Made by a program: the position numbers and the translations under genes. A stretch of 64,000 nt of DNA from Octopus sinensis (lineage: Eukaryota). How positions within the stretch are numbered: the stretch's first letter is position 1; every line of letters starts with the position of its first letter. The stretch lies in assembly GCF_006345805.1 (NCBI RefSeq), contig NC_043009.1:8556001-8620000 (forward strand), given 5' to 3'. The notes under the pieces were generated by a model. It saw only the letters and a program-made list of their open reading frames with translations. It was not told where the DNA came from and searched no databases. Below, one piece after another: positions 1 to 13,062 of this stretch.

Positions 1-16
1 TCTATCTATCTATCTA

Positions 17-47
<31 letters not shown>

Positions 48-64
48 TTATCTATCTATCTACA

Positions 65-122
<58 letters not shown>

Positions 123-140
123 CTTACATACATATATGCA
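1..140. repeat. (TCTA)n/(TCTG)n tetranucleotide microsatellite
   Basis: Direct reading of tctatcta.../tctgtctg... runs. Confidence 0.95.
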
Positions 141-296
141 TGCATGCATGCTGTTACTGGCTATCGGTTTCCTTCCCACCTAGGTGAAATATTATGATCA
201 GACAGCACGGTGCTGTGACACTATTGTTATCTAAACATACATCTGTAACTTAGCCTCTCCGATAACGACCATCCCCTTTTCTGCATGACATCACAT

Positions 297-344
<48 letters not shown>

Positions 345-542
345 CACACAGATGCGCGAAGAAAATCCGTTGCTGTGTAAGCATTTTGTTACATCTTAAC
401 TGTTACGCGTAAAGTTCCCTCGTATTCCCAGTTGAGGCTCCGGAATGGTGTGTGTGTGTGTATGCGTACGTGTTCGCGTGCGTATGTGTTTGTGTGTGTG
501 GTGTTCCGGATTTTCGGATTAGGCACATCGCACCCCATGGGA

Positions 543-575
<33 letters not shown>

Positions 576-1355
576 GTAATGAGTGGGGGAAGGAGAAATG
601 TAAAGGAATTTTAAATATCGAGAATTTTTTTTTTTTTTTTTGTTCCAGAAACGTAATTTCTTTTATTTGAAACACAAGAATTTTGATAAATAAAGCGGGG
701 GAGGAGGATAAGTTCTCCCATTGAGGAATGGGATGCCTTCTTCGAGATCCCGTCGGGACGAAGTTATCCCTAGGATCCGGAGACCTGGCAGGCCCAAATG
801 ATTCAATGATTTATAACAGTAAACGGCTTAAATACACACAAAATCTCAGGTGGTAGCATTGAACCAGTTGATGATGGGCTAAATCTACCTCCGGAAATTA
901 TTCCGGGCTCCTCTGAGGTGTTTCTTTGGTTCCCACAATCTGCTAAGTTTCAGACACAAAACTTTGGTGAACCCGAGGCTATGGTAGGGGGAACACAAGC
1001 TCAAGGTGCCATGCAGAGGCATCGAACCCGAAACCACATAGTTGTAAAGTGAATTTCTTAACCACGGGGCTTTATATTCGCGGCTGTTTGTGTTTAGAGA
1101 GATCCAAAACTCCTTTCTCTTTGCTTTGTTTTCAGTTAAGCCCAACTGAACAAACAATATGTACGAGATAGAAATCCGTAATATATGGAGTTTCAGTCAA
1201 TACATTGTGACAGCTGATCGTTTGTACACGTCATGTCTTCTGCCTGTTTTATTTCTGCGAGGAAGGTAAAATTACAACTGTTACCGAACGACATGAACTA
1301 GAAGCAAAAATCAAAGATCTTGTATTCGCCTACACGATAGTACTAAATTACAATA

Positions 1356-2215
1356 ATGATGATGATGATTTCTTTAATTAGCCACAGGGGCATTGATGAC
1401 GGGGACATTACAAGGACCGTCAAGAATTTGCGTGGGGTTTCCATGAGGAGAAAGAAATGGAATAGATGATGAAATGCGATAAATACATATATATATATAT
1501 ATATATATATAGTATACAAATATGTGATAATGTGAATGATACACTATCCCTGATACAAGAGGAACCCCAACTGGGGCCAATTAATGAACCCCGCAAATCC
1601 AGGGTTATCCTGCCCACTAAAGCACGAGTCCTCGCCTGACTCTTCTCCAATCCATGGGTATCCTAACCATTTTTTTCCGCTGTCACCCATCTTTTCACAG
1701 ATTCTCTGGGAGATAATATTTTCCCCTCCACCTTCATTTTCTTTTTCAAATGGAAATAAAAAATGTCAATGGGGGCTTAGGAAGCTGTCTCTCCTCTATC
1801 CGTTCAGCCTAGTCCACCACACAACCTCTTTCACCATAGCCACTAGACAGAGGAACATCGCCTGCCCTACCTTGTCAAAGGTGGACGGTAAGGCGATCTT
1901 CACGTTGGATTCGGCTGGTTATCGGATTCGTCCCACCCGCAATGACAGCTGTTCGATAGGACTCTCACACGTCAGCGATGCTCGGGCACTGTACGAATGT
2001 GTGCAGCTTGGTTTCGACACTGCGCGCATCTCGGACAGTTCTGTTTGAGAACGCTTCCGTGCGGGTAGAGTTTATCTTGGACTTGCAGTGCTCCTCATTA
2101 ACACTGTCAGGCCAGGGATTTATGGAAGTATCAGACCCGAATGTCCTCTCAAACAGACCATCTAGTTCATCCTAGTCGACGCCTAGAGTTAACCCCGATA
2201 ACGTCGTCACTCTTA
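1356..2215 (-). mobile_element. Decayed Tx1/L1-clade non-LTR retrotransposon 3' fragment (ORF2 zinc-knuckle C-terminus, 3' UTR, (CAT)n tail)
   Basis: Manual minus-strand translation across stops and frameshifts gives FHKSLA*QC..GALQVQDKLYPHGSVLKQNCPRC..ETKLHTFVQCPSIADV*..FLCLVAMVKEVVWWTRLNG..HLKKKMKVEGKILS..KRWV. This matches the zf-RVT/CCHC region of L1/Tx1 ORF2. The element ends in attaaagaaatcatcatcatcat. Confidence 0.8.
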
Positions 2216-2487
2216 GACACAAGGTCAGAATTGTATTTATTTGATTGTGTATAGGAGAGCACTGTCGATTATATCAACCCTAACTTGACCTATATTTTGT
2301 TTTATCGATGCTAGAATGAGGTTTGAACCCAATATAAAATAAAGAACTAACCACCACATGTCATTATATCCATGCTAATCATAATTCTGCAGCACTAAAC
2401 GATTTCTAATTTTGACAAAAGACCAATTATGGTAAGAAAATGGACACAGTTGATCGATTGGTCAACGTTAAGGTAGCATATATATAT

Positions 2488-2544
<57 letters not shown>

Positions 2545-2630
2545 CTTGTTTTTTTAAATTTTATCCACCATGGCTGAGTTTGAATTAGCGTCTGAAAGTA
2601 TTAAACTATAATGGTAAAAGATTAAAATCC

Positions 2631-2678
2631 GAGGACACTGGTGAGTGTTTGCTGCCCGAAACGTTACGATCTGTCTTC
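2631..2678 (+). ncRNA. Decayed type I hammerhead ribozyme motif (Penelope-like tail next to a (TA)n tract)
   Basis: gaggaca-CTGGTGA-gtg tttgctg ccc-GAAA-cg tta cg-ATC-tgtcttc. Stem I is 7 bp (one G.U). The core has A6->G and stem II has a mismatch. Confidence 0.55.
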
Positions 2679-3787
2679 CTCCTGATAACAAAATAGTTTA
2701 TTCTCCATTAAAATACCATACAGCTTTCTACTGACTTTGGAGTTATGTCGTTGCTCGACCTCTTGGAAATAATAGCCATATGGCTGTCACATCACAGCCT
2801 ACTATCTTAAGAAATAGAAAGATGTATTAAATAATGTAATTCTCCACTGCGAAGACCAGGATGGTCATAACTGGATCGGAACTGATCTGGGTCTAGTTGA
2901 TCGGAACTGATCTGGGTCTAAACGAACAACTTGTTGCCGTAAGAGTTAATATAAAGCGTAGAACCGCGATAAGAGAAGTTGTCAGCCATGATGTGTATCA
3001 GTGTCTCTCCTCCTGTCTTCATTTCTATATTAAAAAAATACCTACTCTCAGAAAATCCAGTTTTGTATTATATGTGGTAGGTATGGTGTGTGTGTGTGTG
3101 GAGAAAGAGAGAGAGAGAGAGTTATTCAATATACATATCAATGAAACAACCTTCCGCATTCACTGAGTGTTCTGATGCTTGAAAATACCATAATATTTAC
3201 GTGCATTACCAGTGGGGAGGGGGGGCGCTCGTCTTGGCCTATTCATGGCTATAATAAAGGATCTTATATTTCCCCCACGAGAAATGTATTCCTCGCAAAT
3301 TTATTAAAGATGTTCAGTGACAGTCATATGAATATCAACCTCGGCGAATATCTAATATTTATTTCATAGACTTATCCTGTCAGGTTTAAAAGACCAAGAC
3401 GACCTTGAATGGGGTATGATGAATTTCGAAACGTAAGAGAGGAAGTCCTTATGTGGTCGCTCGACCTGCTAGAAACAGCAGCCAAATATTTCCAAGTCAC
3501 ACCCTTTGAAAAATGGGATGGTCAAGGCTGTTCTGGGTCTAAACAACAATTTGTTCAATCTGGGGCTGTACCGTTTCTGCTTACCATTTTTTTGTCTTTT
3601 TGTTGTTAATGATTTCTTACAAAGCCATCCATAGTTATTCCCGCCACGACCACCTCATTTTTTAAGAATATGTCAAGGACTACATTATCCAGTGTATCCC
3701 GCCTTTAAGATAGCGAACTATTGGCTGCTGTTTTTAGCATATCAACAGGCTCTGTTTTACGTTTGTTGTTACTTAAATGCAAGTTGG

Positions 3788-4037
3788 GGATCTTTTCGGT
3801 TTGAACGGCAGTTTTTTCTAGCGGTGTCATATGAAATTGTCACCCATAATTATGACCCTAGTATCGATCTATTGCATTTCAATCTGTTTTAGGGTTAGGG
3901 GTTAGGGGGAAGGGTATCTTTTTTTCTTCACAAATGTAAATAAACCCAATCTGTTTTTTAAATGAGGGACATATTCATACGGCACAGAATATTTTCACCT
4001 CAATAGACGTCATTGATTGGTTGAAATTGCAGAAATT
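3788..4037 (+). mobile_element. hAT-like MITE, left part only (within a 311-bp tandem duplication)
   Basis: Starts with the TIR ggatcttttcggtttgaacggcagtttt and is near-identical to 4099-4348. Confidence 0.85.
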
Positions 4038-4098
4038 GCTGTTTTTAGCATATCAACAGGCTCTGTTTTACGTTTGTTGTTACTTAAATGCAAGTCGG

Positions 4099-4516
4099 GG
4101 ATCTTTTCGGTTTGAACGGCAGTTTTTTCTAGCGGTATCATGAAATTGTCACCCATAATTATGACCCTAGTATCGATCTATTGCATTTCAATTTGTTTTA
4201 GGGTTAGGGTTAGGGGTGGGGGGAAGGGTATCTTTTTTTCTTCACAAATGTAAATAAACCCAATCTGTTTCTTAAACGAGGGACATATTCATACGGCACA
4301 GAATGTTTTCACCTCAATAGACGTCATTGATTGGTCGAAATTGCAGAAATTGAAGAAAAAAAAACAACAAATATCTTACAAACCATAGAATTTTCTCAAG
4401 AAAGCCAAGAGAAAAAGATGTTTTAATAAACACATTCTACCAGTATAGGAAGTTAAAAATTTTTTTAGTTACGTGGAAATTATTTTAAAAAACTGCCGTT
4501 CAAACCGAAAAGATCC
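4099..4516 (+). mobile_element. hAT-like MITE (~420 bp), 28-bp TIRs, 8-bp TSD
   Basis: TIRs ggatcttttcggtttgaacggcagtttt / aaaactgccgttcaaaccgaaaagatcc. TSD caagtcgg (4091-4098) / caagtcag (4517-4524). Confidence 0.9.
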
Positions 4517-5100
4517 CAAGTCAGCTACGAGCAAAGGTGTTCCAGTTATGACCACCCTGCATGTTATTTAAACAGTGTGTTCTACATTTTTAATGACACG
4601 GTAGAGAGAGACATTTGTTTTGTCGCTCAATACAATGTCTGCAACTTACCCTTATCAGCTTTCTTGGAAAATACTCCAAGAGAATAATGGAACTAATGTG
4701 GATTCATGAATGGAAAGTATTAGTGTTGGTCTTGTTTCACATTTTGAAAATTTAATCTTCTGTTGTTTTCATTCAGTTTTTATGTTGAGGATAGAAATCG
4801 TAGTTACAAATGCGAGCAAAATATATTTATTCACTCAAGATACAAGCTAAATATGTTTACACACTTAAGTTTCTTTATCAGGTCATCATTTGATTAGAAA
4901 ACATTCCGGCAAAGTGTGCGATGTTTTACAACTCACATGACAGAGAGTGAAAGGAATTGCTACGTTAATTGTTTTCATTGCATTTCAATAGACGCATTTT
5001 GTTATTTTATGCTCGAGTGTTCTGCGATTGAGCTGTTTTATTGACCTCGGATTAAAACAGGATTTTTTTTTAATTCAGTAGAAACCAAATACTGTTATTA

Positions 5101-5148
<48 letters not shown>

Positions 5149-5163
5149 GTAGATATAATTTAT

Positions 5164-5876
5164 CTTTTACTTGTTTCAGTCATTGGATTGCAACCATGCT
5201 GGTTGTGGTCGAACGATTCGGCCCCAGTACTTATTCTATTGGTCTAGCGGTGTCATATGAAATTGTCACCCATAATTATGACCCTAGTATCGATCTATTG
5301 CATTTCAATCTGTGTTGGGGTTAGGGGGAAAGGTGTCTTTTTTCTTCAGAAATGTAAATAAACCCAATCTGTTTCTTAAACGAGGGACATATTCATACGG
5401 CACAGAATGTTTTTTACGTCAATAGACGTCAGTGAATGGTTAAAATTTCAGAAATTAAAGAAAAAACAACAACAAATATCTTACAAACTATAGAATTTTC
5501 TCAATAAAGCCAAGAGAAAAAGATGTTTTATAAACACATTCTACCAGTATACGAAGTTTAAAAGTGTTTAGTTACGTGGAAATTATGTTAAAAACTGCCG
5601 TTCAAACCGAAAAGATCCTCGGTCTCTTATGACGAATCGCTGGATAACAGGGACATAAACAAACTGGCAATGGTGGAGGATAAACACAAGTTCTCACACA
5701 TAGATACTGACACACACATATACGCTGGGTTTCGTTCAGTTTTCGTCTACCAAATCCACTCACAAGGCTTTTGGTCAGTCCGGGGTTACAATAGAAAACA
5801 CTTGCCTAAAGTGTCGTGCAATGGGACTGAACCCAGAACCATGTGGTTCGGAAGCGAACTTCTTAGCTCGCAGCCA
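5164..5876 (-). mobile_element. tRNA-derived SINE (family A), interrupted by a MITE
   Basis: Homologous to intact copies at 26558-26967 and 54883-55301. The SINE sequence resumes after the MITE (tcggtctc...). Confidence 0.8.
5244..5618 (+). mobile_element. hAT-like MITE lacking its left TIR
   Basis: Begins ctagcggtgtcatatg and ends aaaactgccgttcaaaccgaaaagatcc. Right flank tcggtctc, left remnant ttggtct. Confidence 0.85.
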
Positions 5877-6068
5877 TGTGTGTGTGTGTCGATACCAGTA
5901 ATAGAGTGGGTATATTTTTTATATACGGTAATATTAACGACTCTTTAGACATTTCGCTTGCATCTGAAGTGAATAAATATTACCAAATGCAATAGTCGGT
6001 GCAAAACCGACGGCAACCTTCTAAGCAGTTTTCTGCCATAACCAGAAATATAACCGTGCATGTGTGTC

Positions 6069-6107
<39 letters not shown>

Positions 6108-6227
6108 ATATAATATAACAGTTAAAATAGGCCGGTTTATGGAATTGCCTTTGGTTTCCCGTCCATAAAGCGCTTAGCATTACGGCGTATGAATGAGATC
6201 CCCAAACCTGTTGGCTTATAATATATA

Positions 6228-6438
6228 CAATATTCCCTCGACTATTGCGAGTGTTACGTTCCAACCCCGCCCCTCACGATAGGTGGAAACCCGCGAAGTA
6301 GAAACAGTACTGTGGTGTATATATATATTTTAATTATTTTTATAATTTGTATATATTTTATTATAAATGCAAATCAACACCACTGAGGAATCGACGTAAG
6401 CTTAAAAAATAAACCGCAATATGACGAGGGATTTACTG
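6228..6438. mobile_element. Tc1/mariner (pogo/Tigger-like) MITE with TA TSD
   Basis: TA|caatattccctcgactattgcg ... ccgcaatatgacgagggatttactg|TA (imperfect TIRs). Confidence 0.7.
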
Positions 6439-6448
6439 TATGTATGTG

Positions 6449-6506
<58 letters not shown>

Positions 6507-7278
6507 ATATATAATACACACACACATGCTCTCGTTGAGTCAGTTCTCTTTTATGGCTCAGACAGGTCGCTTCCTAAAAATGGCTTTTAAAACGTTAGGC
6601 CCAAAATATAGTGGAAAGTAATAAGCAGTGCAAAAATTTATTTATGGGACATGAGAGGTAACAGAGAATATAACTTGTTTGGTTCTACTTAAGAACAAAA
6701 GATGAGCTAGGATCATTATTTACTTCGGTCAAGCTGTTGGGGAAAACTTGCAAACTCTCCTCGCCAGATGTCATCGCCACTGATTTCGAGGATATGAAAG
6801 GTGTGGGTTAATGCAGGATCGTTAGGCGAGGAGGGGAGCGTGGAGGGTGGAATTATGAAGTCATGAACCGAGTTACATCTCTCTTTCTCTCTCTCTCTCT
6901 CTGTATATATATATATATATATAAATAATTATATGCATATATACATATCTACATATATATGTACAGGACATAAAAAAAAGTTGAACACAATGAGAAACGA
7001 AAACATAAAAATCAAAAAAAACATAGAAAACGAACTTTATTTCGAACAACGAAAAAGACAAACAGAGAAACGAGACATGCAACATAAAGAATATTCCCCT
7101 TCATTAGTTGTCCTTGTTTCATCTACTCCGCGTTACGCAGGTAAGGACAATACGCGACTTCGTTGAAACAGTCCTTTCCGCAAAGCAAATTAAATAAAAT
7201 TTGGGATTTTTTGCGGAGGGTGAAAGTGGTAACAAGACCAGGACAGTGAGAAAAAACAGTAAAAACAAACGGTGAGGG

Positions 7279-7323
<45 letters not shown>

Positions 7324-9255
7324 TTCGCCGAAGAGATTTTAATACGCCTGGAACATAACCGCTGCTCTCACCTACCTGTTGGTTTTAAAAGCCAGGTCAA
7401 TTCCCATACTGCCTTTCCTTGTTTTGCAAAAATTTTCAATTATTTGATTGTATTGGAACGATCTCTTTTGCTGGATGTTTTTAGGTTTAAGGCATCGCTA
7501 GAGTGAGTTTTTATCTACTAAATGCATGGTTAATCTCGGCTAATCGGGAGGTGGGGGGGCTTTCAACTCAGTGCATTGCAATATATGTGAGATCCAACCA
7601 TAAAATGTAAGTTAATATCTCGACCATCTGTCACTTCGACTCCGTCGTCCGTTCCTCCCTCCAAGCCTTTTTTTTTTCTGCTGTTAAGAATAATATTCAG
7701 TCAGTCCACTTTATTTGTTTTCTGATTTTTATCATCTTTTCCCCGTTTGGTTTGTCTTGACACCACCACCACCAACACCAAATGTTTCTTCTGTATATTT
7801 ATATATTTTGTAAACTTTGGATTTGTTCTCTCTCTCCCCTTCCTGATACAGTTTGTGTTTTTATCAGTCCACTTGCTTGAACCGGTTCGCCTCCCTGAAT
7901 TAACACTAATTCACAAACAAATAAAATAGAAGTTTATTTAACTTATTTCCGATTCTTCATTTACCCTTCTTCTTTCTCTCTCATCGTTATTCACTCCTAT
8001 AATGCTTATTCTGAAGATCCTGTTTGGGCTCATAGCCGTTTGGTCAGTGATCCTATCCGTTTTTTGACGCTCCCTGACCGTCTTTTAACTGGTTTCAGTC
8101 AAAGAATGAATTGTGGCCATAGTGAAGCACCGTTTTAAAGATTAGCCATATCGGCTCCGGTACTTATTTCAATCTGGTACTTCTTTTATTGATCCTTGTT
8201 TGTCATAGGAGACACAACATGGGCATCATTTTATATAGAGGTATAAAATAACACACACGTACACACACATGCATATTATTTGTCCTTTATGTTCAGTAAC
8301 GTTCATAAGTCTATTAATGTTTTGAAAAGTTTTACAGTCTCATCTTCTGAATAACGGGATATATATTTATTAATGGCAAAGTGCAAACCACAAGTCAATA
8401 CAAATGAGGAGGTAACCATTCGGAAATTGTATCAGGGCTCTATTCCCATGCTCTCTTGATGCTTACTACAAAACGCGGCAACAACGCCTCACAATTAACT
8501 ATTTCTTTTGGAAAAGGTGACCGAGACTGCTTAGAAAAGTTGATGGACTTGTGAACGTTATTGGCTCAACGGATTATCAATAAGGAAATACGGAAAAGTT
8601 ATTTAATAATTAAAATATAAATTTAAAAAAAACGAAAGAAGTCTTGTCTTCGGCTTAGAACATGTTTGAAAGAAAACCCATTACTCAAACACACACACAC
8701 ACACACGATAGCCTTCTCTTTTGCACATTTTCTGTCTACCAAATTCTAATAAATAGGAGATACTTTGCTTCAGACGCCGCTCAGTAGAATCGAACCCGGG
8801 AACATGCGGTTGTAAAGTTTAACCACACAGTTATGTCTACACCTACATATGATACATCAAGTTCGAACTTCTGTAAGTTGATGCTTGACGGAATACAAAT
8901 ATTAACCCGGAGAAAGAGTTCCAGATTTTGAGTAATTGTTACCGGCATTCGTTTTACTCAGATTCCTGGTTTTACAATTCCAAGTAGCTGCAGTTTCTGG
9001 GACTCGGCGCTTATAGTACAGGTATTTGGCAGCTAAGGTAAGGAATATTGAGGTCTTGAGGCTTGTTCAATTCTCTCTTCCACCCCCACCCACCCGTTTC
9101 GCTCTCTTCATTGCCGCACACAAACACGCAGAATATCATCGGATGGTGTGTGTGTGTGTGGGGGGTATACAGTTTCTTTTGAGCTTCTTTCCCACAGTGC
9201 GAGTGCTCGCCCTTTCAGGTATCCTACGAAATTTCCGGGCCCGAGTACGGCTCTT

Positions 9256-9576
9256 GTTACAGTCATTTGACTGCGGCCATATTGGGACACCGCCTTTAGT
9301 CGAGCAAATCGACCCCAGGACTTATTCTTTGAAAGCCGAACCGCTAAGTTACAGGGACGTAAACACACAACCATCGGTTGTCAAGCGATGTTGAAGGAAC
9401 AAACATATACACACACATACATATATATGACGGGCTTCTTTCAGTTTCCGTCTACCAAATCGACTCACAGGGCTTTCGTCGGCCCGAGGCTATAGTAGAA
9501 GACACTTTCCCAAGGTGCCACTGAACCTGGAGCCATGTGGTTGGTAAGCAAGCTACTTACCACACAGCCACTCCTG
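9256..9576 (-). mobile_element. tRNA-derived SINE (family A)
   Basis: The minus strand starts caggagtggctgtgtggtaagtagcttgc (A-box-like), has a B-box-like ggttcag and an internal TG/TA tract, and ends with a ...gcagtcaaatgactg tail. Confidence 0.9.
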
Positions 9577-10277
9577 TACATTTTTTTTCTGAAATTAATA
9601 TTTATATAGGTTAATAAAGTTCAAAATCGTTTCTATCAGCCCGTTGTTGCCATCTTCTCTGGTTAGACGAAGTGCTCCTATAGTCATCGATACCTTGGCG
9701 AAATTTGAACACAGAACGCGGAGAGACGGGGTAGAAATCACAAGACATCTCGTTCTGTGCTTCAAAGGATTCCGCTAATTTAGCACCCTGAACTTTTACA
9801 TTATTTATCGGCTCCAGGTAATCTTTCGTAAGAGGCTTGACTGAAAAAGAGGATGAATGATGTCGTCCCCTCATACCGACACTCTGGAGACTAATATCGA
9901 AGGATCGTGTGGCTCCGAAACGATAAAAGGCAAAGTTGTCCTCTGTGAGATTTGAAATCCGTGCATGGAGGGCCATAACGAGTGCGCGTACACGCACTCA
10001 CGCATAAACATACATACACACTTCTTGATATCCTGTCTTTCAAAAGAACACGTTATGCAGTGAATCATTCCTGTATGTTTGTAGTGTACCCATCCTTGAT
10101 GTATAAATACGCACTTTGCTGTGCGTATTGGTGTACTTTCAGTTTTGTGTACATAAAACACCTGATAGATATATATATGAATCGGTTTCTGACTGAAGAA
10201 CGAAGGCTTTGAATGACCCGTCTGTCTCTTATGTTCGTCCCTTCGTGTATTTCACGTTATTTATATATGTAAAGGTT

Positions 10278-10318
<41 letters not shown>

Positions 10319-10572
10319 CATCCACAATAACATCCCTCTCGTTACCGTTCATCCGTTCCGAAAGTAACTATCGATTGTGTACGAGTTACCAACGAAGATC
10401 TCTATACAGTCTTTCAGCTCGTTAGAAACAACAGCTAATTCTCCCTCACTTGTCCGGTAGAAGAACAAATATTGGATTACAATATCCTAGTTTTGCAGGG
10501 AGTTAGGGAAACATGATAGTCAAGGTTGGAAAGGCTTTGATTATTAGTTAGGTCTCTATTTTCAGTTAAAAC

Positions 10573-10765
10573 TTATTCCTTTACTACCCACAAGAGGGGA
10601 CAAACAAGGCATACAAAGGGATTAAGTCGATTATATCGACCACAGTGCGTAACTGGTACTTAATTTATCGACCCCGAAAGGATGAAAGGCAAAGTCGACC
10701 TCGGCGGAATTTGAACTCACAACGTAACGCAGACGAAATACCGCTAAGCATTTCGCCCGGCGTTC
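10573..10765 (-). mobile_element. tRNA-derived SINE (family B)
   Basis: Reverse complement of gagttcaaattccgccgaggtcgactttgcctttcatcctttcggggtcgataaattaagtaccag; same family as 38873-39103. Confidence 0.9.
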
Positions 10766-11379
10766 AAACTAAACTAAAGTGTTTGGCCGGCACTATTGAC
10801 AACTAGTCTCTGATGTGACAGACGTATGTTCTAAAGTATTTCGACCGTAACCATCCTACCTTTTTATCGAGAACTACAGATGATGTGACAAGTGCGTTAT
10901 TTTACTGTTATTTCTAGCAAGCCTAGTGAGTGTAAAACTTCGTTATATTTACTTTTTGTCTTTAAGACAGTAGAGCGTTATTCGAGGGAGTTTTGACTAC
11001 CATTTCTAGCCGGTCAAGTTACTATGTAGAGGCGCCCTCATTTAGCGCATCCAGTCTACCATCAGTTGTTTAACAATAGGTGAGCTCTGAAAAAGCAGAT
11101 CTACGATCTAATATATTTCATCAGCCAAGTGTCTCTGGGACCGTTGTTCATCTAATGTGTCGTTATTTTATTTTATTGCATTTTAAGAGGTTAAAGTCTG
11201 TTTCGAGAGAGATTTAGCTATGATTTCTAACAGCAAGAAACGTATAAGATCGAGGCTCCCCTCATTGGCGCGGCTAACCACTATCAGTTTGACACAATGG
11301 TCAAAGTCTGAGCAGTTATTGGTAATTAATACTTATTTTGTGGTCGAGGGGAAGAATGGCTGGTGGATGAGATGATAAT

Positions 11380-12600
11380 CGATATTTTATACCATTTCTC
11401 TCTTCTTTTTCTTTTTCCTTCAGTTTTTTTTTTCTTCTTTCTTTGTAAAGATTTCACTGAAAATCGAATCCTGTTAGCGTTGACGACGATGGTGGCGGTG
11501 GTGGTTGTTATTGTTGAACTTGCTGCGACAGTACAGATGCTAGAATTGGTTTTGTTTTCACTGTCCTTTTCGTGTACATTCTTTGTTATTTATTCTCCTT
11601 TGTCTTCCTTCGTTTCTCCCTCTTTCTCCCCTTCTTCGTTTTCCCCCCCGCCTTCATTCGCCCCCCCTCTTGTGTCCCCTCGTTTTATTTCTGGTTTAGT
11701 TTAACCTAAAACCTGTTCAGTTCTGTCCAAATATTTTCTTTAATTTCATTACTTCTCATCATTTCATTCTTTCTTTATTATTATTTTTTTATATTCTTTA
11801 CTCTTTCGTCTTCCTTTTTTTTTTTTTATCTTCCTGTCATTCTTTAAATTTTTATTTCTCTTATTCATTCTACCTATAATTTACGTATTCCTTCATTCAA
11901 TTGCCTTTCTTCTTTCTTTTTTAAAAGGAAAAAACAAAATTCTTTTTCCTTCACACTTTTCAGCCTTTCTAATCTTGTCTCACTTATTCTTCTCTTTCGT
12001 CTTTTGTTGTTCTTATTTCTTCGCTCTTTCAACACACACTCACTCTTCCTCTTTCTCTCTCATTTTATCAGAGTTTTATTTTTCTTTCCTTTGTCTCTTC
12101 CACACATTCATTCTCTCTCTCTCTTATTCCATTGTTCTCTTCTCCTCATCTAGTGACAACGGTATGACACCTTTTCAATTCTTCGCACATTTCCATTCTA
12201 TTCTTCCTCTCTTATTTCATTTATTTTACGTGCAATCCTCACCCACTTCTCTTCCCTCTCTTGTCTCTCTATTAATTTTTTTCTTACTTCTCCCTTTTTC
12301 GACATTAAAAAAAATCTCTTTCACATTCGTTCTCCTCTTTCCCATCATTTCATACTTTCATTTAACACGTATTTCCCCTCATTCTTTTTCATTTATCCAT
12401 TCTATATTTCTGCTTTCATTTCATTTATTCCCTTTTATATCACAATTTCCTTCTTTCGATTGACTTCTTTCTTTGTCGTTCTTTTTCGTTTCCTATTTCA
12501 CCTCCTTCCTTCCTTCCTTCCTCTCTTCCTTCCCTTGTTTATTCATTCTTCAGTTTGTTTTTCCATTTTCCTTTACTCTATATTCTTCGTGGCCGTGTGG
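11380..12600 (+). repeat. ~1.2-kb pyrimidine-rich (CT/TT) low-complexity tract
   Basis: The + strand is almost all C/T; the long F/L/S-rich ORFs here are by-products. Confidence 0.85.
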
Positions 12601-13062
12601 TTTGTTTCGCAATTACGTTGTCCCTAGGGGTTTTTCTCTCAGAGAATGCAAGGGATACATGATACCCGAACCCAGGAAATTTATTGGGATCTCAGGAAAC
12701 GTTTGTATATATTAAAAACTAGCATTCACAGAAGGGGCGGGGAGCTTGAAAGAAAACTTTATATTCCTTGAAATCATGAGGGTAGCAGATGGCAGAATTG
12801 GAAGAATGACATTTATATCTTCTTAAATTCTGAGTTCAAATCCTATGGAGGTCAACTTTGCTTTTCTATCTTCTTGGATTAATAAATAAAACAAAGTACC
12901 AGTCGAAAGTATTGGGTTGAAATAATTGGATCCCCACCCCAATGTGTGGCCTTGTGCTTATGTTACTAGCAGAAAAAGTATGTAAAGTAGTAGAGTGGTG
13001 GATAAGCAGAATTGTTAGTATTGGGCCAAATAGCATGCAGTGTGTGTTAAGTTACAGCCCTT

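Noticed and set aside
1584-2175. Plus-strand ORFs of 154 and 65 aa
   Set aside because: They are antisense to the decayed Tx1-like LINE, which explains the region.
2874-2920. 22-bp direct repeat (25-bp period)
   Set aside because: A simple local duplication within a dispersed repeat; no further structure.
3892-3912. Interstitial telomere
   Set aside because: Only 2-3 imperfect TTAGGG units, internal to a MITE.
9611-9997. 128-aa minus-strand ORF in CpG-rich unique sequence
   Set aside because: No recognisable motif or splice signals; it may be chance or an unrecognised TE fragment.
10185-10230. CTGAAGA...gaat...GTC hammerhead-like order near (TA)n
   Set aside because: GAAA is broken and no stem I partner is present; too degenerate to call.
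11975-12715. 162-aa and 80-aa F/L/S-rich ORFs resembling membrane proteins
   Set aside because: By-products of the pyrimidine tract; no domain or splice support.
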